Shown here in pieces: positions 27,350-39,249 of a stretch of DNA of 64,000 bases. This DNA comes from Cycas panzhihuaensis (Eukaryota > Plantae > Cycadophyta), in contig CM041465.1 of NCBI GenBank assembly GCA_023213395.1, positions 48,925,741 through 48,989,740 on the forward strand, in the 5' to 3' direction. The first letter of the stretch is position 1; the number at the start of each line of letters is the position of its first letter. Both the position numbers and the translations under genes were made by a program. The notes below the pieces were generated by a model, which saw only the letters and a list, made by a program, of their open reading frames with translations, made no database searches and was not told the DNA's origin.

Positions 27350-28649
27350 AAAAAGGGATATATGCCCTTAAATCACCTTATAGGCTAAAAAAAATCCTCT
27401 TTAGGCTTTACATCATGCCTCTATGGGTAAAATAAAATTACCAATAATGTTAATATATGACTCAAAAGATTGATGTGACTCAATTATTACATGAATAAAT
27501 TTCTCTCAAAAGATCAAAATGAAACTCCATAGGTTCTCTAGAGAAAAAAATTAGACCTTAGTATATATTATCTTCTCCATTTAGGGTACATCATATCATG
27601 GAGACTTGAAAATACATAAATGTACCTAAAGAAGTTGAAAAAATGAAGAAAAATATAAACTTTTAAATTTGAACTAGAATTTTTACATAAAAATAACTCC
27701 AAATAATATATAATAACCTATCAAAAGAAAGATCTCTCTGTTATAAGTCCAATACAATAGATGAGACTGGAAAAGGAGCCTTCTAGCTCAAGTTATAACA
27801 GGAAATATGACAAGGACTCCATAAAATGTGAAAATATGGGTTTAGCCCCTTTTACTGCTAGTGACTGGTCGTATAGGAGCTTCATGTGACTAGGGGATAA
27901 ATGCATTAGGGGGCTAGGTGGACCCAAAAAAATTATCTAATTTGATTAAATTTAAATTTGTAAATGTAAAAAAAATATTAAGATTGTTTCATAAAGATTT
28001 ATGTCCACTGAATTAAAAATATATACTAAGATATTATATTATAACTTAACCCTAAATAGTTTTAGTGTTTCAATCAAAATATCTACCATATTCTATTTGG
28101 CCACTATGGATATTTCATTGTATAGCTTCATGGGCCCATTCGCCATTTTTGTAGGTCAACACTAGGAGGAAAATGTAGCCATGGTATTACTAGTTGAGTA
28201 GGGTATTTCCTTCCCGTCTTGCATTAATTTCCAATTTCACTACATGTGCATCATCCAAATCCTTACCCGTAGTGCTTCTTACTTCCATTAAAGACCTAGA
28301 TCTCATTAAAGGATGCCATTCATAGGAAACTGGAGTAGACATTGATAGAGATAATGCACATGCTATGCTAGGTGGACTATCACCATAATCAAAAGTACCT
28401 ATAGCTGGTGAAGATTTTTGCCTAGGCTTACTTCATTAAATTCTATACTAGAGAAATTCTTCACTGGCAACCAAATTAACCAAAGGATCAATCAATATAA
28501 TATTTGATAAATAATCACAGAGAGTCTTTTCTCCCTGTGCTCCCTTGTAATTAGTTCATTTATGAATCTCTGTTAAATAATACTCTTCTACGAATAGCAT
28601 TTATTATTTGTGGAGCCTTAGATTCATTTGCAACACATTTCAGAATAAC

Positions 28650-28928
28650 TTTTGCATCATTATCATGTGCTAGAATAACAAGTTTTAACATAACACCTAA
28701 TGCATAATCCAAAAGCTTTCTTAGATGTTTAATATCTTGGATTTCAGACTCTAGTATTTAAGAAAAGAGCTCCATATCAATAGTTTTAAGTAGTTCCTAC
28801 TTCCAACTTTGAGGAATCGAAGCATCAAGTTCATCCCTAACTTCTTTTATAAGTCTAACAACACAAGCATAATCAGGTGGATCCCTTATAAGAGACTCTA
28901 TAACACCATCTTAAAATGCATTCTCTAT
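28650..28928 (-). pseudogene. TCP11: Captured fragment of a plant T-complex protein 11 (TCP11-like) gene
   Basis: Manual translation IENAF*DGVIESLIRDPPDYACVVRLIKEVRDELDASIPQSWK*ELLKTIDMELFS*ILESEIQDIKHLRKLLDYALGVMLKLVILAHDNDAK matches the remembered plant TCP11 pattern EKAFWDG...PDY..VV.L..EVRDEL....PQSWKQE....ID....SQ.L.S...D..YL..IL.FAL. Confidence 0.85.
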
Positions 28929-29877
28929 TTTAAAATTTTTAACTATTTCCAATATTGGGAATATTAGGAAAACTAGATTTGATAACTTCCTCTGTCATAG
29001 AGTTAGATTGCAATTCAATCACCTCCACCCTTTCATATTTAGTAGTAACCAAACATTCTTCAATAATAGTAACAGCCTTTATTCACCTAAAAATCTATAA
29101 ATCTTTTCGAAATGGAGTTACTCTTGGCCTCCAAATAGCAAGAAGGACTCTCTCAATTGCTATTAATAACTCCTATTGCAATCTATTTACTAATATATAA
29201 AGAAGGTAGTTATATAGAAATTGGAATCTGCATAAAGGAATTTCTATGGACTTCACCATGAAGAATATGCATGCAATATTATTTTAGTGCCACATGCATA
29301 TAAAGTTATCCACTTGAGCAACTTAAAGTAAGCTTTAAAACAACTATACATATCCTCAAAATATCTCATCAAAAGGTTAATAATAGCCCCATAAAAAATG
29401 TGCATAAGATGACTTTACATAACTTGAAATGATTCTTTAATATTAGGTCATAAAGTAGGCATAACAAAAAATTGATAAGGCTTAAAAAACCAAAAGGATA
29501 ACATGTACAAGGCTCTACAATAATGCCTTCAAGGATTCAACCTTAGGCTTTAATACCATGTTAGAAATTGAAAATGGAATACATATAAGGAATAATGGTG
29601 AGTTAAATATAAATAATGAAGAACAAATAAGATAAAGTATATACAACAAATGGTCACCACATATGGAGAATTGAACAAAACTTAAATTAGAAAGAATGAT
29701 AGGATACATACTTATAGTAATAGTACATGCTCACCATTAATGAGAGAACCTCATTAGTCAATCTAGAGGTGGCACACATCTCTATGTGGCCCATAACCTC
29801 TAATATAAAATATAAATAATATATAGAAAGATAACATGCGGGTTATTATGTAATTGGATATTACACCCGATAGGGAC

Positions 29878-32800
29878 ATCCTTCTTAGGATAATTTTCCA
29901 AACCCAATAGTTAAAAAATAATAATTATAAGAAGTGGTGAAAATTTTTCAAGAACCGATGGGAGAAACACAATAAGAACAATTCCAATAAAAATAAAGAT
30001 TCAAAGGCTTGTATTATAAAAGGAGAACAACACAAACACAAGTGACATAAAAAGGTATGAATCCTTGGCATAGATTACAAATGGTAAAAGATGTACTTAT
30101 TGAATTAGGAGTTTTAATTTTTATATCATTTGTATTTAAATAGTAGGAAGCATGATACTTCTAGAAATTAGTATTGGAACAAATTGAAAAACTAGTACTA
30201 AGGGCTATCAAGGATACTGGAGCATACTTTAGAGTTCTAATGGTAGTCTTTGTAACAACCCTATACAAAATAATTATGGATGGATGCTCTAGGGTAAACA
30301 TGCTACCAAAATACTCTTGGATAGATTTGGAAAGTCTCAATGTGGTTGCCCCAGATTATTCTATTAGATTATCTAATCAACTTTAGGTAATGCCCATGCG
30401 TACATTGTTTAATATTCCATAAATGGTTGTAGATGTTATAGTGCTATTAGATTTTGTAGTGGTGTAAATGCAAGATCAAAGGAAGACCTATCTAGCCCTA
30501 TTGGGGAAGCCTTGGCTTTTGGCTATAGAAGCTATCTAAGATTGGGGTAAGCATACATTCATATAACCAGTAGGAAAGAAGACAGTGTCTTTCTTTATAC
30601 TTAGATAAACCATAGATAGAAAAAATGAAAAATAAAGGAAAAGCATAATCTACTATGGCTACAATAGAATTAACAGTTATCCCCTATTCAAAAATCACAT
30701 TCCAAATACAATTAGTTTTGGTAAGTATCCCTTCATTCTCATATATACTAAATTGGCTCCATAATGCTTAAGAAGAAGAAGAATCACCTTATTATTACCA
30801 TTTAGAATTATGTATAGATTCTTTAGATAATGAAGGAAAGTAGGAGGTGCAACTAAAATTACTACAAATATAAAGAATTATACAAGGAAATGTAGTTTGT
30901 ATTGAAATAATTTCTAAATTTCCTAAATATGATGGTTGTTCACAGCAAGCACAAAAACATTTGGAAAAATGTATTGTTACAATAAAAAATAAATGGAAGC
31001 AACAACTTTGGTATCTTGTGTTTCCATATTCTTTAGTATCTCAAGCAAGATTATGGTATGTTGCATATGAATTTGATTCTTAAGAAGAGATAAGTAGAAA
31101 TTTTTTAAATAGATTCTAATTGCATGAATTTCCCTCATTCGAGAATAGAGATGATCCTTATCTATATAGAATTATATCCAATCATGGACAACTAATAAAA
31201 TCTCAAAAAATGAATGGGTACAATGATAGGGACCAACATTTAAAGGAATTTATACAGTCTAGTATAATCATTATGAGAAGGTAAAATTAGTAAATTGGGA
31301 CATAATGATCCAAAATTTTACCAAACTTTTGTATACCATAATAAATATAAATAAATTAAAGAAATCCTATATATCTTTAAATGAAAAATCATGGAAGAAG
31401 AAAAAAATTACTTTCACATAAATAGAGAACAAGAAGAAAAGAATCAAACTTTTCTCTTAGGCTATTCGATAGTAGAATATGGGAACACACCATAGATGAC
31501 ACTCCAACATATAAGGTGAGTCCAAATGATAAAATAGTAGAAGGGATAAAGCTTGAATTGTAGGAAATTAATATTAGAATAAAATAACATCACCAAATCA
31601 TTAATTTAGAAGATTATTGGGATGCAGAGATAGTACAATAAGCTACCTCATTGTTTTTAGAATATAAAGATATTTTTTCATGGTCTTATAAAGATTTAAA
31701 AGGCATTATACCTAAATTAGGTAAACATAAGATAGAATTAATAAAAGGGGCTAGACCTATATGGTAATAATCATATTGTATAAATCTAAAGTACAAAGAA
31801 AAAGTTAAAGAAAAACTTGATAAGTTTCTTGAGGTAAATTATATCTTTGAGGTAGAAAATAGTAAATAAGTGAGTCTAGTTATAGTTGTTACAAAAACGA
31901 ATGGGAAAGAGTCTATGTGGATTACAAAGATCTAAATAAAACAACAAAAAAAACCCATTTCTAATTCTATTCACTAAAGATATTTTGGAAAATGTTATAG
32001 GACATGAAGTTTATTCATTTATAAATGGATTTAATAGATATAATCAAGCATAGATTATGAATCTAGACAACTTTTATTACAGAATGAGATATGTATGCAT
32101 TTACAGTTATGCCATTCGGGCTAACTAATGCTCCAACAATGTTTCAAAGAGTGATTCTTAATATTTTTAATCAAACTATTAGGAAAATAATTGAGGTATT
32201 TTTAGATGATTAGACATTATTCACTTTGTTAAAAAACATCTTGGTTGTTTATGTTTGATACTTAAAACCTACAGAAAAAGTAAATTATATTTGAATCTTA
32301 TGAAATATACATTCATGGTTCCCTTTAGGACTTTGTTGGGTCATGTGGTGTCACAAAATGGATTGCTTATAGACCCTAATAAAGTAGTTATAATTTTAAA
32401 CTTTCTCATACTAAAGCATAGAAACAGGTTAAGGGATTCTTAAGAATGATAGGATATTATCAAAAGTTGATAAAAATTTATTCCTAGATAGCTAATCCCT
32501 TGGAAGCCTTATTGAAAAGGAAAGCTAGGTGGTAATGGAAGTTACAATAGTAACTTGTATTTGAGCTTCTAAAGAAGAAGATTAGCCAGACACCAATACT
32601 ATGATTTCCTGATTAGAACAAATCATTCCATGCATATGTAGACACTTCTTTACTTACTATTAGGTGTATATTGGTATAATTAGAAGATAATAAAGTAGAT
32701 TTATTAATATACTTTATAAGTCACAAGTTAACAAAAGCATAACAAAATTACTAAGTGATGAAATAAGAAGGCTTGGGCATGTTTTATTCCCTTAAAAAAT

Positions 32801-34158
32801 TTAGGCATTACTTATTATCTAATCTATTTTTTTTTTTGTATACCATCAGGCATTGCATTACTTAGTTAATAAACCTATTTTGTAGGGAAGAATCAGCTGA
32901 TCATTGATGCTATTTCAAGAGTTTAACTTTAAAATTGTGGTGAAAAGATGAAATAATCACTAATCTTAGACTTATTTTCAAGGGACATAGAAGGAGAATT
33001 AGCCACAAAAATCTAAGATAACTTTTGAAATGTAGAATTATTCTCTATTAAAGTAGTACCTAAATGGTACAAATATATTATGTAGTATCTATTTCTAGAA
33101 CAAATACCATTAAGCATGGAACAAATAGAACGATAAAATTTTATTTAAGAAACTTTTATCTTTTAATTGATTCAAGGAATACTATACAAATTAGGACTAG
33201 ACCATGTGTTGAGGTGATGTATGATGGAACATGAGGTAGAAATTATCATCAAAGAAGCCCATGAAGGTGTCACAATAAAGTATCAAGGTGTCAAACCCGC
33301 AACTAAACAAAATTTATTAGCTGGTCTTTGGTGGCCTATGCTATTTGAAGATGAATAAAGTGGGTTCATAGCTGTAACACATGCCAATGAGTCAGTAAAC
33401 CAACAAAGAATCATTTGATGCCTTTACATCCCATTCTAGCCCATGCACCATTTGAAAAATGGTGATTGGATTTTGTCAAACCCATTAGTCCACCAACCAC
33501 ACTGATAAATGCAAGATATATTTTGGTGACTACAGACTTCTTGACCAAGTGGATTGAAGTAAAATAAATTAGAATATGTGATGCTCAAAGTACAACTCAA
33601 TTTTCAAATGAAATGATCATCATTTGATTTGGCTATCCCTTAGAAATTTTTTCTAATCGAGGAAGCAATTTTTTGAATAAGATAATTGAGCATCTTATAA
33701 AGGAGTTTATGATTCAACATTCTAAGTCCTCTTCATATTATCCCTAAGAAAATGGATAATTAGAGAGCATTTATAAAATTTTTAAATTAACATTATCTAA
33801 AATCTATAACAAACAGAGAACGAATTAAGTAGAGTGATTTCATTTGATATTATGGGTAGATAGAAAGATGGTGAAAAGACCACATAAACAAACACCATTC
33901 TAATTAGTTCATGGACTAGAAGTAGTACTTCCTCTCAAATTCTAAATGGAAAGCCTAAGGGTGGACTTACAGTTAAGACTATTAAAGGAAGATTCAAGGG
34001 AGTAGTGACTCATTGAATTAATAAGAATGGATAAGAAAAGAGCTAGGGCTTTATGGGGATTGAAAGTAGAGAAACATAGAAGCAAAGCATTGCATGATCA
34101 ACATCTCAAGTATATCAATTTCAAGAAGGAGACCTTGTACTTTTATATGACAACAAAT
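29878..34158 (+). pseudogene. gypsy-2 pol pseudogene (PR, extra Gag-like modules, RT, RH, INT)
   Basis: IIMDGCSRVNMLP (PR). VMPFGLTNAP and EVFLDD. FHAYVD. KEAHEG...GLWWP, PFEKW*LDFV and TDFLTKWIE. Confidence 0.92.
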
Positions 34159-37100
34159 TGTTAAAACATAGTGTTTAATGTAGGTTCATTGTACACATGT
34201 ACTTCCTACCATTCACCTACTTTGAGATATATGAGATGTACACATATCCATACTATCTCTTTATTAGATGATGTAATGACTTATTATATTTAATAGGCTA
34301 CTCATGAAGTGATTTCCACTATATATATGTACACTCACCACTTGAGAAAAGAGATAGAAAGGAAAAAGGAAAAAGATGTAAATCTTAGTAATCATAAGTA
34401 GGGTCCTAACTCCACCTTCTCCCATGGTTTTTCCCACAATGGGTTTTCTACATATAAATCTTGGTATCTTGTTATGATGATTATGTTTGTTGATATTTGT
34501 TTTACATGTTTGATGTTTTATATGTACATACTTATAAGTTTAATATTATTGCATCTTCATATTTAACATGGTATTAAAGCAATTTTGTTACCCTATTTTT
34601 AACATGGTATTAGAGTAATTATATTCCACTTTTCAAAATGGTATCAGAGTAGTGTTGCATCTAAGCCACTATGGCGAGGTGAAGATCCTCCTAATCTAGA
34701 TTCAAGCCTATTGAGGCTATGATAAGAGCTATTTATAAAGAATTTTTTTATGAACCAAATGTATGAATATGCCAATGACATGCACAATAGATTACAGGGT
34801 AGATGAAGCCAGTCAAGCTACATACATATGATATTGATGGTATGTTGATTTATGATTTTTTTTATTATGGAAAATCATTCATTTATGTATGCTAGATTCT
34901 ATATTCTAGAAGCATGTAGGTATTCACATTAGTCCATAGATATTATATTCAGTCCATAAGTGAAGGCTTTTGTAAGTGTCCCTTAATGGATTCACTATCA
35001 CTCATGGATCATTTTGGAGGTATTTACAAGTGTCTCATAATGAGATTCATTGCTAGAATGTAGTATTTACTTCATTAGTTAGATTAGTAGGTTACATGAC
35101 TGTATAATAGCATGTTAATAGGTATCCTAGTGATAATATAAAAGGTATGTGGTATGCAATAATTGTAATAATTATATGTTTATGAGGGTAATTTTTTTAT
35201 TATAGTAAATGGATGATTTACATATGCATGGCATAAGTTGTTATGAGGGCATAACTACCTAGGTTATGATTAAATGTCAAATCCTGATGATGGCTAGACA
35301 ATTTATATTACATGGATGCTGAAAGATTATTATGCTTTCTTGTTGAAGTATATGAATTACACGTATTTATATTTGATTTTGGCATGAAGATTTATATTAT
35401 ATGTAAACAAATTTTATGTATGATAGTATAAGAATATTATTAATGGTATAGTATAAATTATTATACTTTGATCATTAATCCTAAACCCTAGTCATGGATT
35501 GTATAATCTCTATGGTTAAGCTCTGTAAGCTAATTAAGCTCATTCAAATTTAAAGTTTGATTCTTGAGTAGAAATATAAGAGTCACACTAACCATCCATA
35601 CTGTAATCATAGAAGAAACCTTATTCATACTCAATATAGAGGATAGACCATTATCATCACATGTATAGGGTTATACACATGACCTAGAGTCCCCTATTCT
35701 TACATAAATAATAAGAGGAATAAATCAAATAGCTGCACACATGACTGATATCCATAGAGCCAAGTAGGTTGAATAATAGCTGCTCATGTATTCCATAGAT
35801 ACCCAAATGGTATTTAAAGACCAAATATGCCCTACCTCACAGAAATGAAGTTTCAATTTAGTTAATACAGTGGTCATGACTAGATGGAGTTGCCCGTTGC
35901 ATGCCACTATATAATTGATCTAACGCACATAGCCATCATCTATAAAACAGACAAGAGCACCTCGCCATAGTTGTTAATCACCTGATTAATGTCATATTCA
36001 TCACATAACAATAATGGATTTGATCGTAGTGTGCTCATAGTGATGAATCATGCCCTAGTCACTTGTAGAATCCTTCCACTCATAATGCTAGTATGTTGAA
36101 TATGCCCTTGCTTATAGATGCCACACTAGAATAGAACTATCAATCCAGAGAATATGGCCATAGAAACCTATCTTATGCCACTGTGAATGGAGATGCTTGC
36201 CCTTGCATCCCATGATATGCACAACTAGATTAGATTTAACCTTGTAAATTAGATCAATATAGAAATGATTCATGGGCCAGCTCAAGCTATAGGTGCTGAT
36301 ACTATAGCCTCGATTTGTATTATATATGCATAATCCATGGATTTGAACTCATGTTGATCAATTTTATTATGCATAAATTGAACAAAAATTTCATACATAG
36401 ATACACTACTAATAGCATACTATCTTAGTCAATCACAACACCTGACGTACTATCATCCCAATGCACCATCATCACATGCTTGTAGAGGAAATTTTTTAAA
36501 TTCACATAGAAATTTGTATCTATATTATGAATAAATTTATAAACCCTTAAAAAAATTATGAATGGATTTTTGAATTTAAGTAAATTAGATATTTGTTTAA
36601 GACCCAATCATTGGGTTTTATTCGTCTGCAGGAGGTCATATGATGAGCCCATATGATTGGGGGCTACCTATCAAAGACAACATATTTCAATTTTTTATAA
36701 AATAAATTGGATAATTTTTAATTTTTTAAAATTTACATTTAGAATTTAATAAAATCTTAGATCTATTTTATTTTCTTAAGGATCACACATTATTTCAGGC
36801 ATACTAGTATATTTTACAATATAACTCATCACTCATATATCAGAATTAGATACTATCTATTGTGTTGGAAAGTAGACTTCAAGATGGTCAAAATGAGTGG
36901 TCACATGACTTGCTTTAGATAGTAGAAGATAAAGAAAATTTAGGGTAAAGTTGATGCAAAGGATATAAACTTTATTTTATCTAAATTCCATATCATTTTT
37001 AAAACAATTTCAGTCAATTCAAATGTTTTCTAGGGCTCTAAATATGATGGTAAACTTATTTTTAAGGAACGGTGGATGATTATTATAGTTTGGTTTAAAA

Positions 37101-37634
37101 TCAAGTATTTTAAGGCCTATTTATGATATTTTGAGGCCCATTTCAATTGAAAAAAAAAATCATTAAGTGAGAAAAATTTGATGAAGTAATGACATATGAT
37201 ATCCTTGATATGTTGGTCATACATTTTCTCCTTAGCAACATCACATTTAATTTAGTCGATGGTAAAACCCCTAACTAAACATACAGATCACCTAGATATT
37301 AAAGAAATTTTTATTATCTAGTTAGATGTTGAGTATAACTACCTTGATATAGTTAACTTACCATGGCTAAGTAGTTTGGCTTAGTCATAGAGTTGATTGG
37401 TCAAGATGATCCAACTATCAGCTTAATCTAATTGATGAAACTTTGACACAACACACCAATTGTATTTGTCCCTATAAGTAATTTTGAAAGATGATGAACC
37501 GTGTATCTAAAGAAATTTCTTAGTGAAGTGGTGATTATAATAATTGGTCACTTATATATTTCAGTAGATGGATACTATTTTATATGGACTTAGATATCAC
37601 TTTACTTAATTTGATGCTTAACCAAATGTTGATC
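34159..37634 (+). mobile_element. Truncated LTR element: 5' LTR (34159-34568), three PBS copies and a non-coding interior; no 3' LTR
   Basis: TGTTAAA...TTTAACA termini. PBS-like 12-mers at 34569, 34605 and 34639. Interrupts the gypsy-2 integrase. Confidence 0.8.
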
Positions 37635-38166
37635 ATTAACATTATCCAAAATCTATAATAAAGGGAGAACGAATTAGGTAAAGTGACTTCATTTGGTATT
37701 ATGGGTAGATAGAATAGCGGTTAAAAGACCATATAAAAAAAACACCACTCCAATTAGTTTATGGACTACAAGCACTACTTCCTTTCAAATTCTAAATGGA
37801 AAGCCTAAGGGTAGACTTACAGTTAAGACTACTAAAGGAAGATTTAAGGAAGCAACAACTCATTGAATTAATAAGAATGGATGAGAAAAGCACTAGGGCT
37901 TTATAGGAATTGAAAGTAGAGAAACATAGACATAAAGCATGGCATGATCAACATCTCAAAGTATCTTAGTTTTAAAAAGAAGATTTTGTACATTTGTATG
38001 ATAGTAAATTTCATATAAAGCTAGTAAAATTAAAGTTATAATGGCTTGGTCTGCATAAAGTAAATTGTATTAGACCTAATAGAGTAGTACAACTCCAATA
38101 ACTTGATGGAACATTACTCGAAAAAGTAGTAAATAGAAGTCAACTGAAATAGTACATGGTATATTA
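37635..38166 (+). pseudogene. gypsy-2 integrase C-terminus; 37635-38009 duplicates 33786-34158
   Basis: Colinear direct repeat starting ATTAACATTATC in both copies, continuing to KLKL*WLGLHKV. Confidence 0.9.
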
Positions 38167-38274
38167 AAAAAAAATAGGGGCAAAACCATGAGAGTAGATA
38201 TTCTTCAATCATTTTAATATATGGAGACTTTATTACAAGATTAATAAAAGTTAGTTTCAATCTAGGACCTAGAA

Positions 38275-38780
38275 GATTACAACTAAAGTTTGAAAGTGGT
38301 TACAACCTAAGATGTAAAAGGTTACAACCAAAGATGTAAAGTGGTTTCAACCTAGGATACTAAAGGTTGCAACCAAGGATGAGAAGAGGCTGTAACCTAG
38401 GATGCAAAAGGTTGATACCAAAGTTTAGCAATGGTTGCAATCCAAGATATAGAGGGTTATAACCAAGGACAAGAAGCAATTGTAACCTAAGATGTAGAAG
38501 GTTGCAACTAGGGATGAGACGAGGTTGCAACCTAGGACATAGAAGGTTGTAATCAAAGTTTAGAAGTGGTTACAACTTGGGTCATAGAAGGCTATAACCA
38601 AAGATAAGAAGTGGTTACAACCTAAGATATCTAAGGTTTCAACTTAAAATGTTGAAGGTTGTAACTAAAGATCGAAAGGGGTTGCAACTTAAGATGTAGA
38701 AGAATACAACCAGGAACACAAAAGTTATAACCTAGGAAGAAAATTGATTATAATTAAGAGCAAAAAGTGCTCACAACCTA
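38275..38780 (+). repeat. Tandem array of alternating 22/23-bp units (45-bp dimer) with GGTTGCAACC core
   Basis: Cores start at 38298, 38320, 38343, 38365 and 38388, and continue beyond. Confidence 0.92.
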
Positions 38781-38787
38781 TTATGTA

Positions 38788-38963
38788 AAAGGTCAAAAAT
38801 TAAGAAATAATCACAACTAGGAATGGATAACTAATAAGGGTCATTATTAATCATGGCCAAAATGATTAAAAGTTAAAAGGTTAAAAAGTAAGAAACAATC
38901 ATAACTAGGAAGGGATGACTGATAAGGTTCATTATTAATCATGGCCAAAATGATTAAAAATTA
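38788..38963 (+). repeat. ~88-bp tandem duplication, each copy with a TTAATCAT-N7-ATGATTAA inverted repeat
   Basis: TCATTATTAATCATGGCCAAAATGATTAAAA occurs twice. Confidence 0.85.
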
Positions 38964-39249
38964 CAATTAGACATGTACAAGTAATTAATGCTAATGACAA
39001 CTAGTTTGGTAAAAGCCTCTAGTAGTCACATTGTCAAGATTTGCATACAAATCAAGATGATTTGAGGAGTTAATAATAATGATGGAAATCATGACAAATG
39101 ATACTGGAAATAGTAGTGGCAATGATAAGTGGTCATCATGCACGATAGTTAGTAATCATGACATGAATTGGTTACAACTTAGTTACTGCAACCTATAAAT
39201 TAAAATGATGGTAGTTTTTCATAACATACAAAACATAAGATAATAAGAA

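Larger units (their letters stand above)
26531..29872 (-). mobile_element. Non-autonomous LTR element (~3.3 kb) carrying host gene fragments
   Basis: Homologous LTRs 26531-26838 and 29559-29872. Minus-strand PBS TGGTATTAAAGC (29547-29558) and PPT AGGAGGGAAA (26839-26848). TSD GGGGC/GGGAC. No RT or INT motifs seen. Confidence 0.92.

Noticed and set aside
35600-36450. Possible captured gene in the triple-PBS element
   Set aside because: Slightly GC-richer, but I found no recognisable protein motif or sustained frame.
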